64,000 nucleotides of DNA from a virus (IMGVR_UViG_3300029653_000083:10236-74235), one strand, 5' to 3'; numbered from the stretch's first letter, positions 20,101 to 29,405 are shown. The notes: generated by a model not told the origin, from the sequence alone. Made by a program: numbers and translations.

Positions 20101-21977
20101 TTTTCGGCTGCGGTGACGATGCCGAACTTGGTGTTTTCCAACACTCGGTCGGAACCTTTGTATCTTTCCGCGTCCTGCCAGCGTCCGGTGGTCGCGTTGT
20201 CGCAACGTCCGACGGTGCGGGTGGATGCGTTCGTGTAGTACATGCTCTGGATGAATGCTCCGGGCAGTCTTACTGTCCAGTTGCCTGATGCCAAGTCGTC
20301 GTCGGCGACCGATTGGTTCGTGTTCGTATCGGACGTGTCGAGCGTCATGCCGGATACGCTGGTGGCCGACAGTGCGGTATCGGTGATGGTCACGTTGCCG
20401 GTCTGGTCTTTGCCATAATACTGGGCGGCGGTCTTGCCGTCCGTGGTGGCGGTGGGGAGGATGAACGTGAACTCGTCCACGTGCAGTGCGGCTACCTGCT
20501 GTTGGGTGAGGGAGCCGTCCATGTATGCGGTGGAGCATTTGCCGAATGAGGTGTACTGTCCGGCGTTGGCGCACGGGTAGTTCAACGTGTCGTAGCCGGT
20601 GAAGCTTACGTTGACGGTGGTGCCTTTGTCGGTAATGGTGCCGTCGTCGTAGACGGTGGTTCCGTCGTTGACGGACTCCTTATCCACGGTGATGGAGCTG
20701 GGGAAACTACCATTGTGGTCGAACGAGTCGCACTTCCTGTTGTGAGTGCTCTTTCCGTTCCACTTATAAGTGGTGGTTTGGTGGATTCTGTCCCAAAGTA
20801 TCGGCTGCCATTGCTTTTCACCCGCATGCTTCGCATGCTTGTCGTCGTCGTCCTGAAACACGCTGGACACGTTCAGCTTGTAGCCGATGCTTCCGGTGGG
20901 CACTTCGATGCCCTTCAACCCCTTCGACCTGTCCTTCCAACGCATCGCGGTACGGACGAGCACATGCAGTTGGCGTCCCTGAATCTTGCCTTTGCCTTTG
21001 TTTGGCGCGGTAGCGTCACCCGTATTGAAATCGTAGGTGCCGCCGCCCGTAATTTGGTATTGCAGGCTTATGTTCAGGTTGAGTTTCGCGCTTACGGTCA
21101 CGTCCTTTGGCGTGTCCGACATTGCCTTGTGTGTTCCGGTGTCGGTGGGATTGTTCTTATTCCATGCTGTCCACGCCTGTACGGTCGGGCGGAATTTGTA
21201 TCCGTGTGGCGCGGCTTTGACTTTGACCGCGAGCTGGATGGCGCTGGTGCCGGGGTTGACGGTCGGACTGTTGGAAGTCGGCTCCAACAGGCGATAGCAG
21301 GTGTACACTTGCGTCTTCACACCGTTGATGGTTTCGGTCGTGAGTTTCGGCTGATAGCCGGGAGTCTGGTCTACCCAACCCATTTGGTCGGTGTCGAACG
21401 TGACCTTATCCGCCGGATAAGGCAGTTCGAAATGGAAGCCGACACGGGTACGCTTGTAATAGTCCATGGTCGAATCCGGGGTGACGGTGTAATCGTAGTC
21501 GTAGATTACATCATCGAACGAGCGGACTATATCATTGCTCGCGTCCTTATCGTCGCCACGCTCATTGTCATTGTCGAATGGTGCGGTTCCAGTGACTCGG
21601 TCGGTTAGTTTGAGTTTCGACACGTATGCGGTGTCCGTGTCGAGCATGTCATGAATGGTAACGTCTTTAGCATCTTCCGGAGCGGATTGCGCTCGGATAC
21701 TAGTGTCGGCGTGAACGTCCGACTGTGTTTGACTGTCAGCATTACTACTGCCGGTAATGTCTGACTGGGTGTTGCCACTATTAGTGTCGGCGTTCCCACT
21801 ATTACTGGTGTCGGCTTGGACTTGCGTGGACGAATCCACCGTCAAATCGTCAGCCAAAGCGGTAGACGCGGACAATGCGCCACCACCGAACATTGTCGCC
21901 GTAGCCAAGATAAGCGCGGCAACCTTTCTCAGGCCGGGTTTCATAACCTTGAGCTTCCCTTCTGGAGAGTGTGTCAT
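14145..21977 (-). CDS. Giant sortase-anchored adhesin (2610 aa): signal peptide, large N-terminal region, SdrD/Cna-B-like domain, ~9 Spy0128/FctA-type isopeptide repeats, LAQTG anchor
   Basis: GVAWFDVNHDGIRQ (SdrD B-like); nine repeats of A.K.L...F.F.L...G...F....Y...G.Y.Y...E..GV.YD...VTVTD...F.N.Y; LAQTG + TM + basic tail. Confidence 0.88.
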   Translation of the reverse strand: MTHSPEGKLKVMKPGLRKVAALILATATMFGGGALSASTALADDLTVDSSTQVQADTSNSGNADTNSGNTQSDITGSSNADSQTQSDVHADTSIRAQSAPEDAKDVTIHDMLDTDTAYVSKLKLTDRVTGTAPFDNDNERGDDKDASNDIVRSFDDVIYDYDYTVTPDSTMDYYKRTRVGFHFELPYPADKVTFDTDQMGWVDQTPGYQPKLTTETINGVKTQVYTCYRLLEPTSNSPTVNPGTSAIQLAVKVKAAPHGYKFRPTVQAWTAWNKNNPTDTGTHKAMSDTPKDVTVSAKLNLNISLQYQITGGGTYDFNTGDATAPNKGKGKIQGRQLHVLVRTAMRWKDRSKGLKGIEVPTGSIGYKLNVSSVFQDDDDKHAKHAGEKQWQPILWDRIHQTTTYKWNGKSTHNRKCDSFDHNGSFPSSITVDKESVNDGTTVYDDGTITDKGTTVNVSFTGYDTLNYPCANAGQYTSFGKCSTAYMDGSLTQQQVAALHVDEFTFILPTATTDGKTAAQYYGKDQTGNVTITDTALSATSVSGMTLDTSDTNTNQSVADDDLASGNWTVRLPGAFIQSMYYTNASTRTVGRCDNATTGRWQDAERYKGSDRVLENTKFGIVTAAENKLNSTGNGRVLGVHLVKWDPDILTPLSASDNPDQPYTVHDSYSTWGARFWWSDTRTNDGMEPVIWGVLPNGVNFSTDTAQAKADYDDFDWYPTYAQAAKHGKVLAAQIIDTRVWDTANTSYDSRISVGATLPMQVNDKTAGRTAQTTGQVDYWTRNDLAKKANLDIEDDLTTWTAYARSITGDDYTSLVKQLGKPSLHYDGKTYLKATFSDDGVYQGGDTGGNNKGDTLYVVGERPAIGIHTSQKDTANTVSKTIYDLDKEQRHADWVINATAKTGDSSTGGDYLTDYHIKVTLPKGLTYTDGSSTVGGEYKDTDSGQTQGVVTGGTPVTPTVTPNKDGTTTLEYTVNGVKADGTDTLVRFSTTIGEPSDPETDAKNNQQYTVNTEIRSKRWMGTPSAAYGQTAAYTIRVSRTHASSLATRAKTLLNETQSNLGFVNMLGNFSRDAKPAPYAVDIMPYKGLGQSDYHGEYTLTGLSVKAGAGASMSGVKVYFTTDPKWRNVDATKITREQVEQWTEAKVDATTGKVVIPDGCDQPVAWAFTSPSLPANARYDFTLGIKPTNNSAGDVYMNRWADGDNKVDALTQIVERKVNGVAWFDVNHDGIRQDSDRLLSDVTVTLLDKKGKTVTSVDGKPCATLTDKNGRYEIGSIPAGSGYKLRFTPKTGITWHGHHTTVKNAKDASEATDSDSDEEDDADGNMIAGVIPLKDFPALNKMTAAIYEDLNEDHGIYGMVMPTVPVAVKAVKVLNGRPNGAWTEKDKYVADITPLNNAPKSAVPSSIAFTDNKTQTVRINTGAFTQEGTYQYEVKERKGDNAGVTYDDRVWILTVTVTDDLNTFDRHVTANVSNNGIQSDTVQFTNTYAPKDTQARIVASKLFTNADQSATKITDFQFDLYANDKATGTPIQTVNASADGKVEFSPLLFTKAKLNGKDKDTFSYSVRERNTGAAGVKYDDHYAVWTVTVTDDNSGQLKASLINPAISMKNGKTIDNGQFVNSYSSQPVSVTPKASKVIDNPKHTLRLLNANEFTFELQDKNGKTIQSKTNNADGTVTFDKLAYNTVGEHDYRIVEKTGQFKGITYDQTVHAMHVNVTDNGYGQLKTSTSYDNTNKTPVFHNTYQPKDVTVSLTAHKTFDNKNASHAKLTDFQFQLFDNEQAVGKPLQTVNADQNGNISFQPLTFTAQQLNGAKTRTFTYTVREVRQSAGGVNYDSHMGMWQITVTDDLTGQLKAQTRTNAAYPTTFTNTYQAKPVSVQFRAHKTLNDPDHTGIQLQAGQYEFKCVEDKTGGQAGTVKTNDQQGNILFDTISYKKTGVYDYTLSEVHGDRGGVTYDATKHHVKVTVTDNGEGQLLADVKYDNGTNIPEFTNTYHAQPATDNPTAVKKMTSPKGNKYTLKGEDFAFTLQQQSAPANVSNADQTKRNDRQGNIRFDQLSFPLVGTYVFTMSEQDTTVPGVTKDGTVATITYVVKDVDHTGKLTVVSKTVTPTTGANGKNITFTNHYSPKNVGYSISGVKNIVNTDTATSRVPQDGEFKFQLNAVSARDADGNAISMNDMPMPVGSQNGTQTVSNKGSGFTFGQMVYTMPGVYTYHVKELAGTDKTIGYSTQEYDVTVTVTDQDGMLAATADRQTNDIRFDNTYTPTPVSVRLEAAKHLTGRDLNDNEFSAELKDSNGNLLQAKQFARVPRDAQSDKVTAREGDGTLEFDKLTFDKTGVYTYTVDEQDGTLGGVAYDTTSHTVTITVTEDTKSHKLAASVAYSNGKASEKSILFQNTYQPEDVLVELSAKKNLTGRELQAYEFEFELVDDKGNVIDSEKNDKQGNIQFKPLTYGRDNDGVDDCGEYRYVIREKNTGEKNVTYDKTEHHVTVTVSDNLQGNLTAKVQYDPTDDTAKDSSTMPVMPTAKADKTDGDAGEDENNPTTTPSMVTTTGTQPEFTNSYIPPATPAIVKTIRQLAQTGVNTPIMTVILFTLVGMGLMLAHCRGNTTVTARHKK

Positions 21978-22004
21978 GAAAACGGGAGAAGGGCTGAAAA
22001 GAAG

Positions 22005-22014
22005 CCCCCCCCCC
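22005..22014 (-). repeat. Poly-G10 tract in adhesin leader
   Basis: C10 on the + strand, about 30 nt upstream of the adhesin start. Confidence 0.7.
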
Positions 22015-22187
22015 GCGCGTTTTTTGATTGTTCAGTTATAAGTATGGAAAGCTGGTCTCAAGTACGGTTTGCAGGAGAGTTCCCAAGGCCAGCCTTCCGA
22101 TTTTTGCCCGCTCCGACCATGCTTCTTCCAATCTTTGGCAACTGGTTGAAGCATGGTTTCATGTCGGGGAGGGCAAGGCTTTATCTG

Positions 22188-25100
22188 TTATTCGGCTTTA
22201 TGGGCCGGTTTCTTCTTGTCCGGGTCGGATTCGGTTTCGGTCTCGGCATTGGATTGACCGTCGGAGGATTCTTCGGTCTGGCTTGCGGTCTTACGTTTGC
22301 CAAGCTTCTTGACGGCCATGGCCAACAGTCCGCCGACTGCGGCGAGCACGATGATGACCAGTCCGATGATTCCGGTGTTCACGCCGGTCTGCGCGAGGTC
22401 GCTTACGCCAGCGGTTCCAGCGCCTCCGAACAGTTTCTTGGTGACGTGAACCTTGTAATCCTTGGACACGAGTCCATCTCCGGATGTGACGGTGAGTGTC
22501 GCATCGGCACCATTCTTGTTGATGGTGATGCTCATTCCCGAATCCTTGTCGTATTGACCTACGACCGTCCACTTGTCGGGATTGTCCACAGCCACTTCGT
22601 AGGAGGTTTTGTTCGGGTCGAATCCGTTAATGAGCTTGCCGTCCACGGAGATGCCGGTGAGTTCCGCCTTGTGGGTGGCGGCGGTGATGTAGGTGACGGT
22701 GTAGTCATGTTGGGTGAACGTATTGCCGTCCGGAGAGAGCACGCTGACCGTATACGTGTAGGTCATGCCCTTGTGGGAACTGGACACTACGGCGCTTTGG
22801 CCAACCTTCGTCTCATAGGAGAAGGTGCCGCCTTCCGGAATGTCGAATTTGTCGGATGTGACGGGCACATACTTGCCGTCCTTGCCAACGTAACCGACGG
22901 ATGCGAGGCTCGTGTCAGTCTGAGAGTCTGGTGTCTTGACCGGAGACTGTTCCACCGGCTCCTTCGGCTGGAATTCGGTGACGGCGGTTTTGACAGGACG
23001 GGTTACGGTCACACTGTAGGTGCGGCTTGCTCCCGTGGCGGTGTCGGTGACTGTCCATTCCTGTCGGTTGGATTGTGCGCTTTGGGTCACGTTTCCGGCT
23101 TTGACGGTTACTCCTGCCGGGGCTTCCGGTAGCAGGTAGGCGCTGGTGTTCGCGTCTTTCAATGCGACCACATAGTCGAGCCTGTTCGGATTCCAATTGT
23201 CGATGAGCGTGCCTTTTTCGGCTTTGCCGGTGAGATTCACGTAGATGCCGTTGAGTTTGGCGGGACTGTCCGGTTGGATGTCGGAGGTTTGGAAGTTGAC
23301 TCGTACCGTGTAGTCCACGCCGTTCACGTTGACTGTGATGATTCGGCTGGTGCCGTCAACACTCAGTTTCGGACGGGATACTTCCGCGTCGAGACCATGT
23401 TCGGCGGAGAGGGAGAAGGAGTCCTTCGCGTCGGAGGCGGGAAGGTCAACGACTTTCTGATGGTTCTCATCAAAGTCCGTCTTATTGATTTCGTAACTCT
23501 TGGACTTGCCGTCGGAGGAAGTCTGGGTGAGCGTCATCTTCGTGAAGTTCTTATCCTCGGGACGAACGTCTCGGGTTCCCACCGTGTAGGCTTGTTCAAT
23601 CTTGTTGCCGTGTCCGTCATCGACGGTCACGGTTCCCTCTGCTGTTCCGGAGAGCACGACGATATTATGCTCGTTGTCGGCACCCACCATGGTCTTGGGA
23701 GTGGATTCCCATTTGACGGTGGCTTTGTCCTTGTTGGACAGTGTGACCTCATGGTAGGAAGGACTGTTGTCCTTGTCGGACAGGCCCGTTGCGGAATATC
23801 CGGCGTGATAGGAACCATCTTCGTACTTGCTGAAAGGAGTCCCCTTATCGGTGCCATTGTTCAACGTGATTTCCTCGCCAATCGAATATTCGAATGGTAC
23901 GGTGATGTCGAACTGCGGCAAGCCTTTATCCGGGTTCGCGTCGGCATGGTAGACGGCTGTGCCGGATACGATTGCTGTGCCGAGCTTATCGCCCGAAGTG
24001 ATGTGTTGTTCCCTGAAGGTCGGTTCAATCGTAAACTTGGTGTTGTCGTCTTCGTTCAGTGAGCCGATGGTCACGGTGGTCGGACGGACGTTCACGGTCG
24101 GAGTGGTGAGGGACTGGTTACCACCCGCGTTCGGAAGATTTATGAGCGGAATCTGCTTATCTCCAACCTGCGCGTACCAAGTGTTGGTACGTGAATAATC
24201 TCCCAAGTTGACGGTCATATGCCAGATTTTGGTTTGTTCGGTCTGAACGTCCGTGTACTCGTAGTTGCCTGTGGCGACGCCGGTTGCGGATGTCACGTGA
24301 GTGGCGTTGTCCACGCTGACGTTCCATGCGATGTTCAGGCTTTTGCCGTTGGACAGTTTGACTGTCTTGACCTCATTGCCGTCCTTGTCAACGACCTTGC
24401 GGTCTTTGCTCACATGATAGGACTTGTTGGCGGGCACATTGGCTACGGCTTCCACGGTTCCGTCCGGGTTTTCTCCGGATACGGTGAACTGGGTGCCGTC
24501 GGCCAGAGTGATGTTCTCACCCGTGGAATATTTGAACTGGATGGAAACGTCGAACGCCGGATTGCCGTTCTTAGCGCCGACATGGTAGACGGCTGTGCCG
24601 GTCACGTCCACTTTGGCGAACGTGCCGTTGGCTGTGAGGCGTACGTCCTTCAGGTCGCCGTGGTTCAACGTGAACGTGTCGTCGGAGTCGTTCGTACGCA
24701 CGGTGATACGTCCCGGAACCTTGTCGGACGGTTCGCTGGCCGTGTAGGATTGGTCGCCGGTTTCCGGATTGTTCGTGAACTGGAACGTCTTCCCTTCTAC
24801 CTCACCGCTCCAAGTGTCGGTACGGGAGTAGGATTGGTTGACTTGAATCGTCCACTCGTATTCGGCTTTGGTTTCCGGGTCGATGGTCTTGTACTTCTGG
24901 TTGACGGTTCCCACGACGGTGGTCACATGGGTTTTGGAGTCAGTGGTCTTAGACCATGTGATTGGCAGTTCTGTGCCGTCGGACAGTTTCAGGCTGGTGA
25001 TTTCCCTGCCGTCCTTGCCGACGACCTTGCCCGCCTTGTTGACGGTGTAGTCCTTGTTCGCGTAGTCCAACACGGCGGTCCTGCCGTTCTGTCGGATGGT

Positions 25101-26204
25101 GAACGGGGTGCCGTCCTTCAAGGTGACTTCCTTGCCGTAATCCTTCGTATAGTTCACGGTCGCGGCGAATTCGGGGAGGATTCCTCCTGCTTCCTTGGAG
25201 TATCCGGCTGTGCCGGTCTCGTGAATCATGCCGAGTTTGCCCGCGCCGGTGGTGGCTCCCGGCGTGATGGTCGGATTGGTGAGGGTCACGTTGCTGCCGT
25301 TGCTGCCGGTAACTTCCAGTCGTTGAGGAATGGTGTTGCCGGTCATGGACGCGAGCTGTTTTCCATCCTCGTCGGATGTGGTGAATGGGATGTCGTTGCC
25401 CTCATAGTTAGTTGACCAGCTGGCGGTGTTGGATGCGGTCACGCTCGTGTGCGTGTTCCAACCGTAGGCGTCGATTCGGGTTCCGCTGTCCCAGTTGAAG
25501 TCCATGATTTCGACTCTGGCGGTCGCGGTTCCGGTTTTGGTGACGGTGTAGCCGTTCCTGTAATCGTATGTGGGTTTCGACCAGTCGATTGCGGCTGTGG
25601 TGCCGTCCGACAGGCGGACGGTGTTTTCGGACGGATTGCCGTCCTTGTCCAAGGTCACGCCGTTCAGTGTGGCGTTCGCGGTGTTGGTGTCGCCTTGCAC
25701 GACGAACTTCGTCCCGTTCTTTAGGGTGACTTCCTTGCCGTAGGTTTCGTCCACGTTCACGGTCAGTGTGACCTTGCGGCTTACGGTGTCAGACTCATCG
25801 AATGTGCCATTGTAGGTGACGGTGCCGGTCAGATGGCTGACGCCGACTTTACTGTGGTCGATGTTGAGGGTCGGGGTTTCAGCAGACAATGCGATAGGCT
25901 TGTCCTCGCCGTCAAGCGTGGCGGTGGCGGCTTCCAACGGGTCGCCGTCGTACTTGTCGATGGTGGCCGTATAGTTGCCGTCGCCGTCCTTCTCGTAGGT
26001 GACGGTCTGCTTTCCGTAGGTGGTTTGGAGTTTACGGCTTGTCGTGGTGGTCTCGCCGCCGGAAGTGGATAGCGGGGTCGTCGTATTGGCGTCGTCAACG
26101 GCCAACGCCGTCACAGCTCCCGTTCCCATGGAGCCGACGGCCATCACGGCAGCAAGACCCACGCCACCGATTTTCTTGGCGGCATTGTTCCAATTGTCAC
26201 TCAT
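22188..26204 (-). CDS. Sortase-anchored surface protein (1338 aa) with cadherin-like beta-sandwich repeats
   Basis: Signal peptide; Thr-rich repeats; LTGISVDGKLINGFDPNKTSYEV; LAQTG + TM + basic tail. Confidence 0.82.
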   Translation of the reverse strand: MSDNWNNAAKKIGGVGLAAVMAVGSMGTGAVTALAVDDANTTTPLSTSGGETTTTSRKLQTTYGKQTVTYEKDGDGNYTATIDKYDGDPLEAATATLDGEDKPIALSAETPTLNIDHSKVGVSHLTGTVTYNGTFDESDTVSRKVTLTVNVDETYGKEVTLKNGTKFVVQGDTNTANATLNGVTLDKDGNPSENTVRLSDGTTAAIDWSKPTYDYRNGYTVTKTGTATARVEIMDFNWDSGTRIDAYGWNTHTSVTASNTASWSTNYEGNDIPFTTSDEDGKQLASMTGNTIPQRLEVTGSNGSNVTLTNPTITPGATTGAGKLGMIHETGTAGYSKEAGGILPEFAATVNYTKDYGKEVTLKDGTPFTIRQNGRTAVLDYANKDYTVNKAGKVVGKDGREITSLKLSDGTELPITWSKTTDSKTHVTTVVGTVNQKYKTIDPETKAEYEWTIQVNQSYSRTDTWSGEVEGKTFQFTNNPETGDQSYTASEPSDKVPGRITVRTNDSDDTFTLNHGDLKDVRLTANGTFAKVDVTGTAVYHVGAKNGNPAFDVSIQFKYSTGENITLADGTQFTVSGENPDGTVEAVANVPANKSYHVSKDRKVVDKDGNEVKTVKLSNGKSLNIAWNVSVDNATHVTSATGVATGNYEYTDVQTEQTKIWHMTVNLGDYSRTNTWYAQVGDKQIPLINLPNAGGNQSLTTPTVNVRPTTVTIGSLNEDDNTKFTIEPTFREQHITSGDKLGTAIVSGTAVYHADANPDKGLPQFDITVPFEYSIGEEITLNNGTDKGTPFSKYEDGSYHAGYSATGLSDKDNSPSYHEVTLSNKDKATVKWESTPKTMVGADNEHNIVVLSGTAEGTVTVDDGHGNKIEQAYTVGTRDVRPEDKNFTKMTLTQTSSDGKSKSYEINKTDFDENHQKVVDLPASDAKDSFSLSAEHGLDAEVSRPKLSVDGTSRIITVNVNGVDYTVRVNFQTSDIQPDSPAKLNGIYVNLTGKAEKGTLIDNWNPNRLDYVVALKDANTSAYLLPEAPAGVTVKAGNVTQSAQSNRQEWTVTDTATGASRTYSVTVTRPVKTAVTEFQPKEPVEQSPVKTPDSQTDTSLASVGYVGKDGKYVPVTSDKFDIPEGGTFSYETKVGQSAVVSSSHKGMTYTYTVSVLSPDGNTFTQHDYTVTYITAATHKAELTGISVDGKLINGFDPNKTSYEVAVDNPDKWTVVGQYDKDSGMSITINKNGADATLTVTSGDGLVSKDYKVHVTKKLFGGAGTAGVSDLAQTGVNTGIIGLVIIVLAAVGGLLAMAVKKLGKRKTASQTEESSDGQSNAETETESDPDKKKPAHKAE

Positions 26205-26381
26205 TCAATGTCCTATCCGAAATGTGAAACGTTTCCTTTGCGGATTTCGTCTACCACCTTAGCGGACATGTATGCCGTCAACCTCGTATAGGTGGGAAAA
26301 TACCTTGAAAAAAATTTCAGGGTGGACGGTATCCAGACTTTTGCCGGATTGTCCACCCCGAAAAAATCGTTTTGGGAAATG

Positions 26382-27827
26382 TCATGCCCTCTGGGGAAGG
26401 TTCGCTTTAAGCAGGGGTTCGGTGTCGGTGTGGTGTCCGCGCTTGTTGTACCAAGACACGACGCTCATGCCGCTGGCCTTGTCGCGTAGGGTGATGCCGT
26501 ACTGTCCCTCATGCTTGCCGGTGCCGACATGCACGGCTTGGGCGGGTACCGGATTGTTCTGGTGCGAATAGTTGAACATGCTACGGAATCCGTCGGCGTC
26601 GTTCGCCTCGTATCCGACACGGGAACCGTATCCGTCGTAAAGGGTGTTGGTATGCTCTCCGCGAACCGCGAAGGACACTTCCTTGTCCTGATGGCGCATT
26701 TCGATGCTGTCCTGTGGAATGTTCATGTTGCCGGTCTTACGGCGCATGAGCTTGGCGGCGCTTTCGCTGTCCACCGGATGATAGTAGTTGGATGCGGCTT
26801 TGTTTCGACGGTCTGCGACTTTCGACTTGTAGTCCGCGTACTCCTTGTCGCTGCTGAACTCGCCACGGGCCTTCTCGACCTCGGTGCCTTTGTTGTTCAT
26901 TTCGATGGTTCCCCAAGAGGTCACATGGTCTCCACTGGTCTTATTGCGGTAGAACTCCTTGCGGAAGTGCAGGGCGTTCTGCGGATGGCCGTTCGCCTGT
27001 TTGCCGGTACCGGCACTGATGGCGCATTGCACGTCGTCCAGTCCTTCGGCTTGCATGGCGCGGGTCATTCGGGTCAAATCGTCGCCCGGAACGATAGCCA
27101 TTGGGGAGCCACCCTCATTATGCGGGCGGGGGGCACGTTTCAGAAGACCGGTCTTCGAGTCTCGCTTCAAGGCTGGTGCGACGTGCGTCTTGCCTTCCTT
27201 GTCCATGTAGACGAACACTTCTGCGGAACGCGCGTCGGCATTGTTCAGACCAAGCTTATTCTCGTAGTAGTGGCGGGCTTTGACCTCCGCCTCCGCGAAG
27301 TCCTTCGGGTCGATGTGGTACACCTTCGCGTTCTCGCCTTCGAACGCGGCACGGTTGACCTGCTCGTTCGTTCGGGCGTTCAGGGTGTCGTACACCTTAC
27401 CGTCCTTACGCCCCTCCAATTGTGCGGCACGACCGCCGAAACTGGTCTCGTCCAACGGCAGGTTCTCGCTGACCGGCTGGAACTTGTTTCCACGACACAT
27501 GCTCAACGTGTGTTCCGGGGCCTCACGGTCATGGTTGATGACTCCGAAGCAGGTGTTGCCGGTGGACGCAATGGCGAGCTGTTCGCCGTCCTCGGTGCCG
27601 GTGATATGCACTCGTTCGTGAACCTCATGGTTTTTGAGCGTGCTGAAATTACGTCCGCTCGCGCCGACGTGCATCATCTCATAGCCGCTGGGCATTTGGG
27701 AGAGATTGTTCTTGTAGTACTTGCGCACGTTGCCGCGACGGTCAACGTACTCATGCCAGCCGACAGTCAAACCCCATTCAGTCCACTGTCCGATGGGGTT
27801 TCGCGGCTGTGCCGGATTGTAGGCCAT
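26382..27827 (-). CDS. Hypothetical 481-aa protein with N-terminal YNPxQPRNPxGQW tag
   Basis: MAYNPAQPRNPIGQW; GGAAGGA SD; partial promoter motif TAGACTGGAAT at 27884-27894. Confidence 0.75.
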   Translation of the reverse strand: MAYNPAQPRNPIGQWTEWGLTVGWHEYVDRRGNVRKYYKNNLSQMPSGYEMMHVGASGRNFSTLKNHEVHERVHITGTEDGEQLAIASTGNTCFGVINHDREAPEHTLSMCRGNKFQPVSENLPLDETSFGGRAAQLEGRKDGKVYDTLNARTNEQVNRAAFEGENAKVYHIDPKDFAEAEVKARHYYENKLGLNNADARSAEVFVYMDKEGKTHVAPALKRDSKTGLLKRAPRPHNEGGSPMAIVPGDDLTRMTRAMQAEGLDDVQCAISAGTGKQANGHPQNALHFRKEFYRNKTSGDHVTSWGTIEMNNKGTEVEKARGEFSSDKEYADYKSKVADRRNKAASNYYHPVDSESAAKLMRRKTGNMNIPQDSIEMRHQDKEVSFAVRGEHTNTLYDGYGSRVGYEANDADGFRSMFNYSHQNNPVPAQAVHVGTGKHEGQYGITLRDKASGMSVVSWYNKRGHHTDTEPLLKANLPQRA

Positions 27828-27931
27828 GTCTTGTCCTTCCTCGACCTGATTCCTCCCCGAACGGGAGGTTTTTCCAACATCAGATTCCAGTCTACAATCC
27901 TCAAGGTCTATAAAAGGCGAAAGAAGGTAAT

Positions 27932-28225
27932 CTACCGGTTTTTCTTACGCTTCGACTTCTTGGGAAAATGGTCGGAAACGTGGACGAACACGGTTTCAGC
28001 GAACACGCCCACATCCTTGGTGAGAATCCTCAAACCCTTCCACAGCAATCGTCCCCACGTCTCCCCCAATATCCAGAAGCCTACTATCAGGCCGAAAAGG
28101 GACAGGATGGATTCACGAATGTCCAGTCTGCCATCTGCGGGAACGTCGAACGACATGTAGATGACGGTCGCAAACAGGATACTCGCCCCGAGCAGGGTCT
28201 TGCCCAATACGCTTTTCCAACTCAT
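27932..28225 (-). CDS. Small two-TM membrane protein
   Basis: Two hydrophobic segments; start overlaps upstream stop. Confidence 0.6.
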   Translation of the reverse strand: MSWKSVLGKTLLGASILFATVIYMSFDVPADGRLDIRESILSLFGLIVGFWILGETWGRLLWKGLRILTKDVGVFAETVFVHVSDHFPKKSKRKKNR

Positions 28226-29256
28226 TTCAACCTCCGGTCGTGTTCCTCCCAGCTCGCGTCCGCTGAATCCGCTATCGCTTCCAACATTTGGAACCCGTCC
28301 GGCACGGGGAACACGAGCAGTCTGACCAAATGCCGTCCGCCATGGTTCAGATTCTTAGACCGGACGAACGCCACGCCCTTGCAATAGTTCGACGTGGTGC
28401 CATGCCATGCGCCGACGTTCGTTCCCGCTTTCAGAATCGCGTTCACGCTTTCTGCGGTATTGTCCGGGTCGGCCTGCGCCACGCCATACGGGTAGGCGAT
28501 GCTGGCGATGACGATGTACTTGCCGTACCCGCAGTAGGGTTGGCGTTTCCAACACTCCTCCGCGTAGGCGATGAGCTGTGAGCCGACCTTCTCACGCACG
28601 CCCAACGTGTTGCCCCTACCCCACGTGGTCGCCTTGCGTTGACCATGCTGGCGGGCTTTCAAATCCGAATCCGTGTAATTGCTGGTAATCCAGATTTTGT
28701 CCGGCACGCTGAACTTCACCTCATAGCCGTCACACCATGCGGGACGCTCCCCCACGGGAATGTTCCTCCACATGCCGACCACGCTCGACGCCAATCCGCC
28801 CGTAATCTGATACTGCGGGTTCTCGTCGGAAATCGGAATGATGAGAATGTCCAGCAGATAACAGCCGGAAGGCGCTTCGATGGGCGATTGCAGGTAGATG
28901 GTCGAATGCCGGTGCAGACTATCATCATCGTCCCACAGGCGCACGTCGGAACCGGCGTCGATTATCGGCTTCACGGTTTCGGCGGCTCGTGCTGGGAACA
29001 CGTTCCCGCCGTGGGGTGCCGACACCGTGACCACGGCCAGAAACCGTTCCACCTTCCACGCCTGTTTCATCGTTTTCAGATTCCGCCACTTGTCTTTCGC
29101 ATACCGACGGATTCTCGCACGCCGTAAGGCACGCGTCTTTTCGGTCTGCACGGTGTCGGTGCCGCTCCACCATTCGACGGGGATGGTGATGGTCAGACGG
29201 TATCCGCCGCGTTTAACCGCTACGGTTTGACGAACCATGACGCTCCTCCGAACCAT
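28222..29256 (-). CDS. Tandem RusA-like (Holliday junction resolvase fold) two-domain protein
   Basis: Two similar halves: AETVKPIIDAG...LWDDDDS and ADPDNTAESVNAILKAG...AW. Confidence 0.6.
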   Translation of the reverse strand: MVRRSVMVRQTVAVKRGGYRLTITIPVEWWSGTDTVQTEKTRALRRARIRRYAKDKWRNLKTMKQAWKVERFLAVVTVSAPHGGNVFPARAAETVKPIIDAGSDVRLWDDDDSLHRHSTIYLQSPIEAPSGCYLLDILIIPISDENPQYQITGGLASSVVGMWRNIPVGERPAWCDGYEVKFSVPDKIWITSNYTDSDLKARQHGQRKATTWGRGNTLGVREKVGSQLIAYAEECWKRQPYCGYGKYIVIASIAYPYGVAQADPDNTAESVNAILKAGTNVGAWHGTTSNYCKGVAFVRSKNLNHGGRHLVRLLVFPVPDGFQMLEAIADSADASWEEHDRRLK

Positions 29257-29405
29257 GACGATTCTCCGAACGGACGGTGGCTGCCGGACTCATGCACGCC
29301 CAGACAGTGCTGGCACATGGTCTCCCCGTCGTATGGGGTTTTCCTGACGCCGCAGCGGACGCAACGGCTGGTTCCCTTGTCGGTCGGATGCAGTGTGAAT
29401 CTCAT
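29220..29405 (-). CDS. Small zinc-finger protein
   Basis: CVRCG...CQHC; start overlaps upstream stop. Confidence 0.5.
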   Translation of the reverse strand: MRFTLHPTDKGTSRCVRCGVRKTPYDGETMCQHCLGVHESGSHRPFGESSWFGGASWFVKP

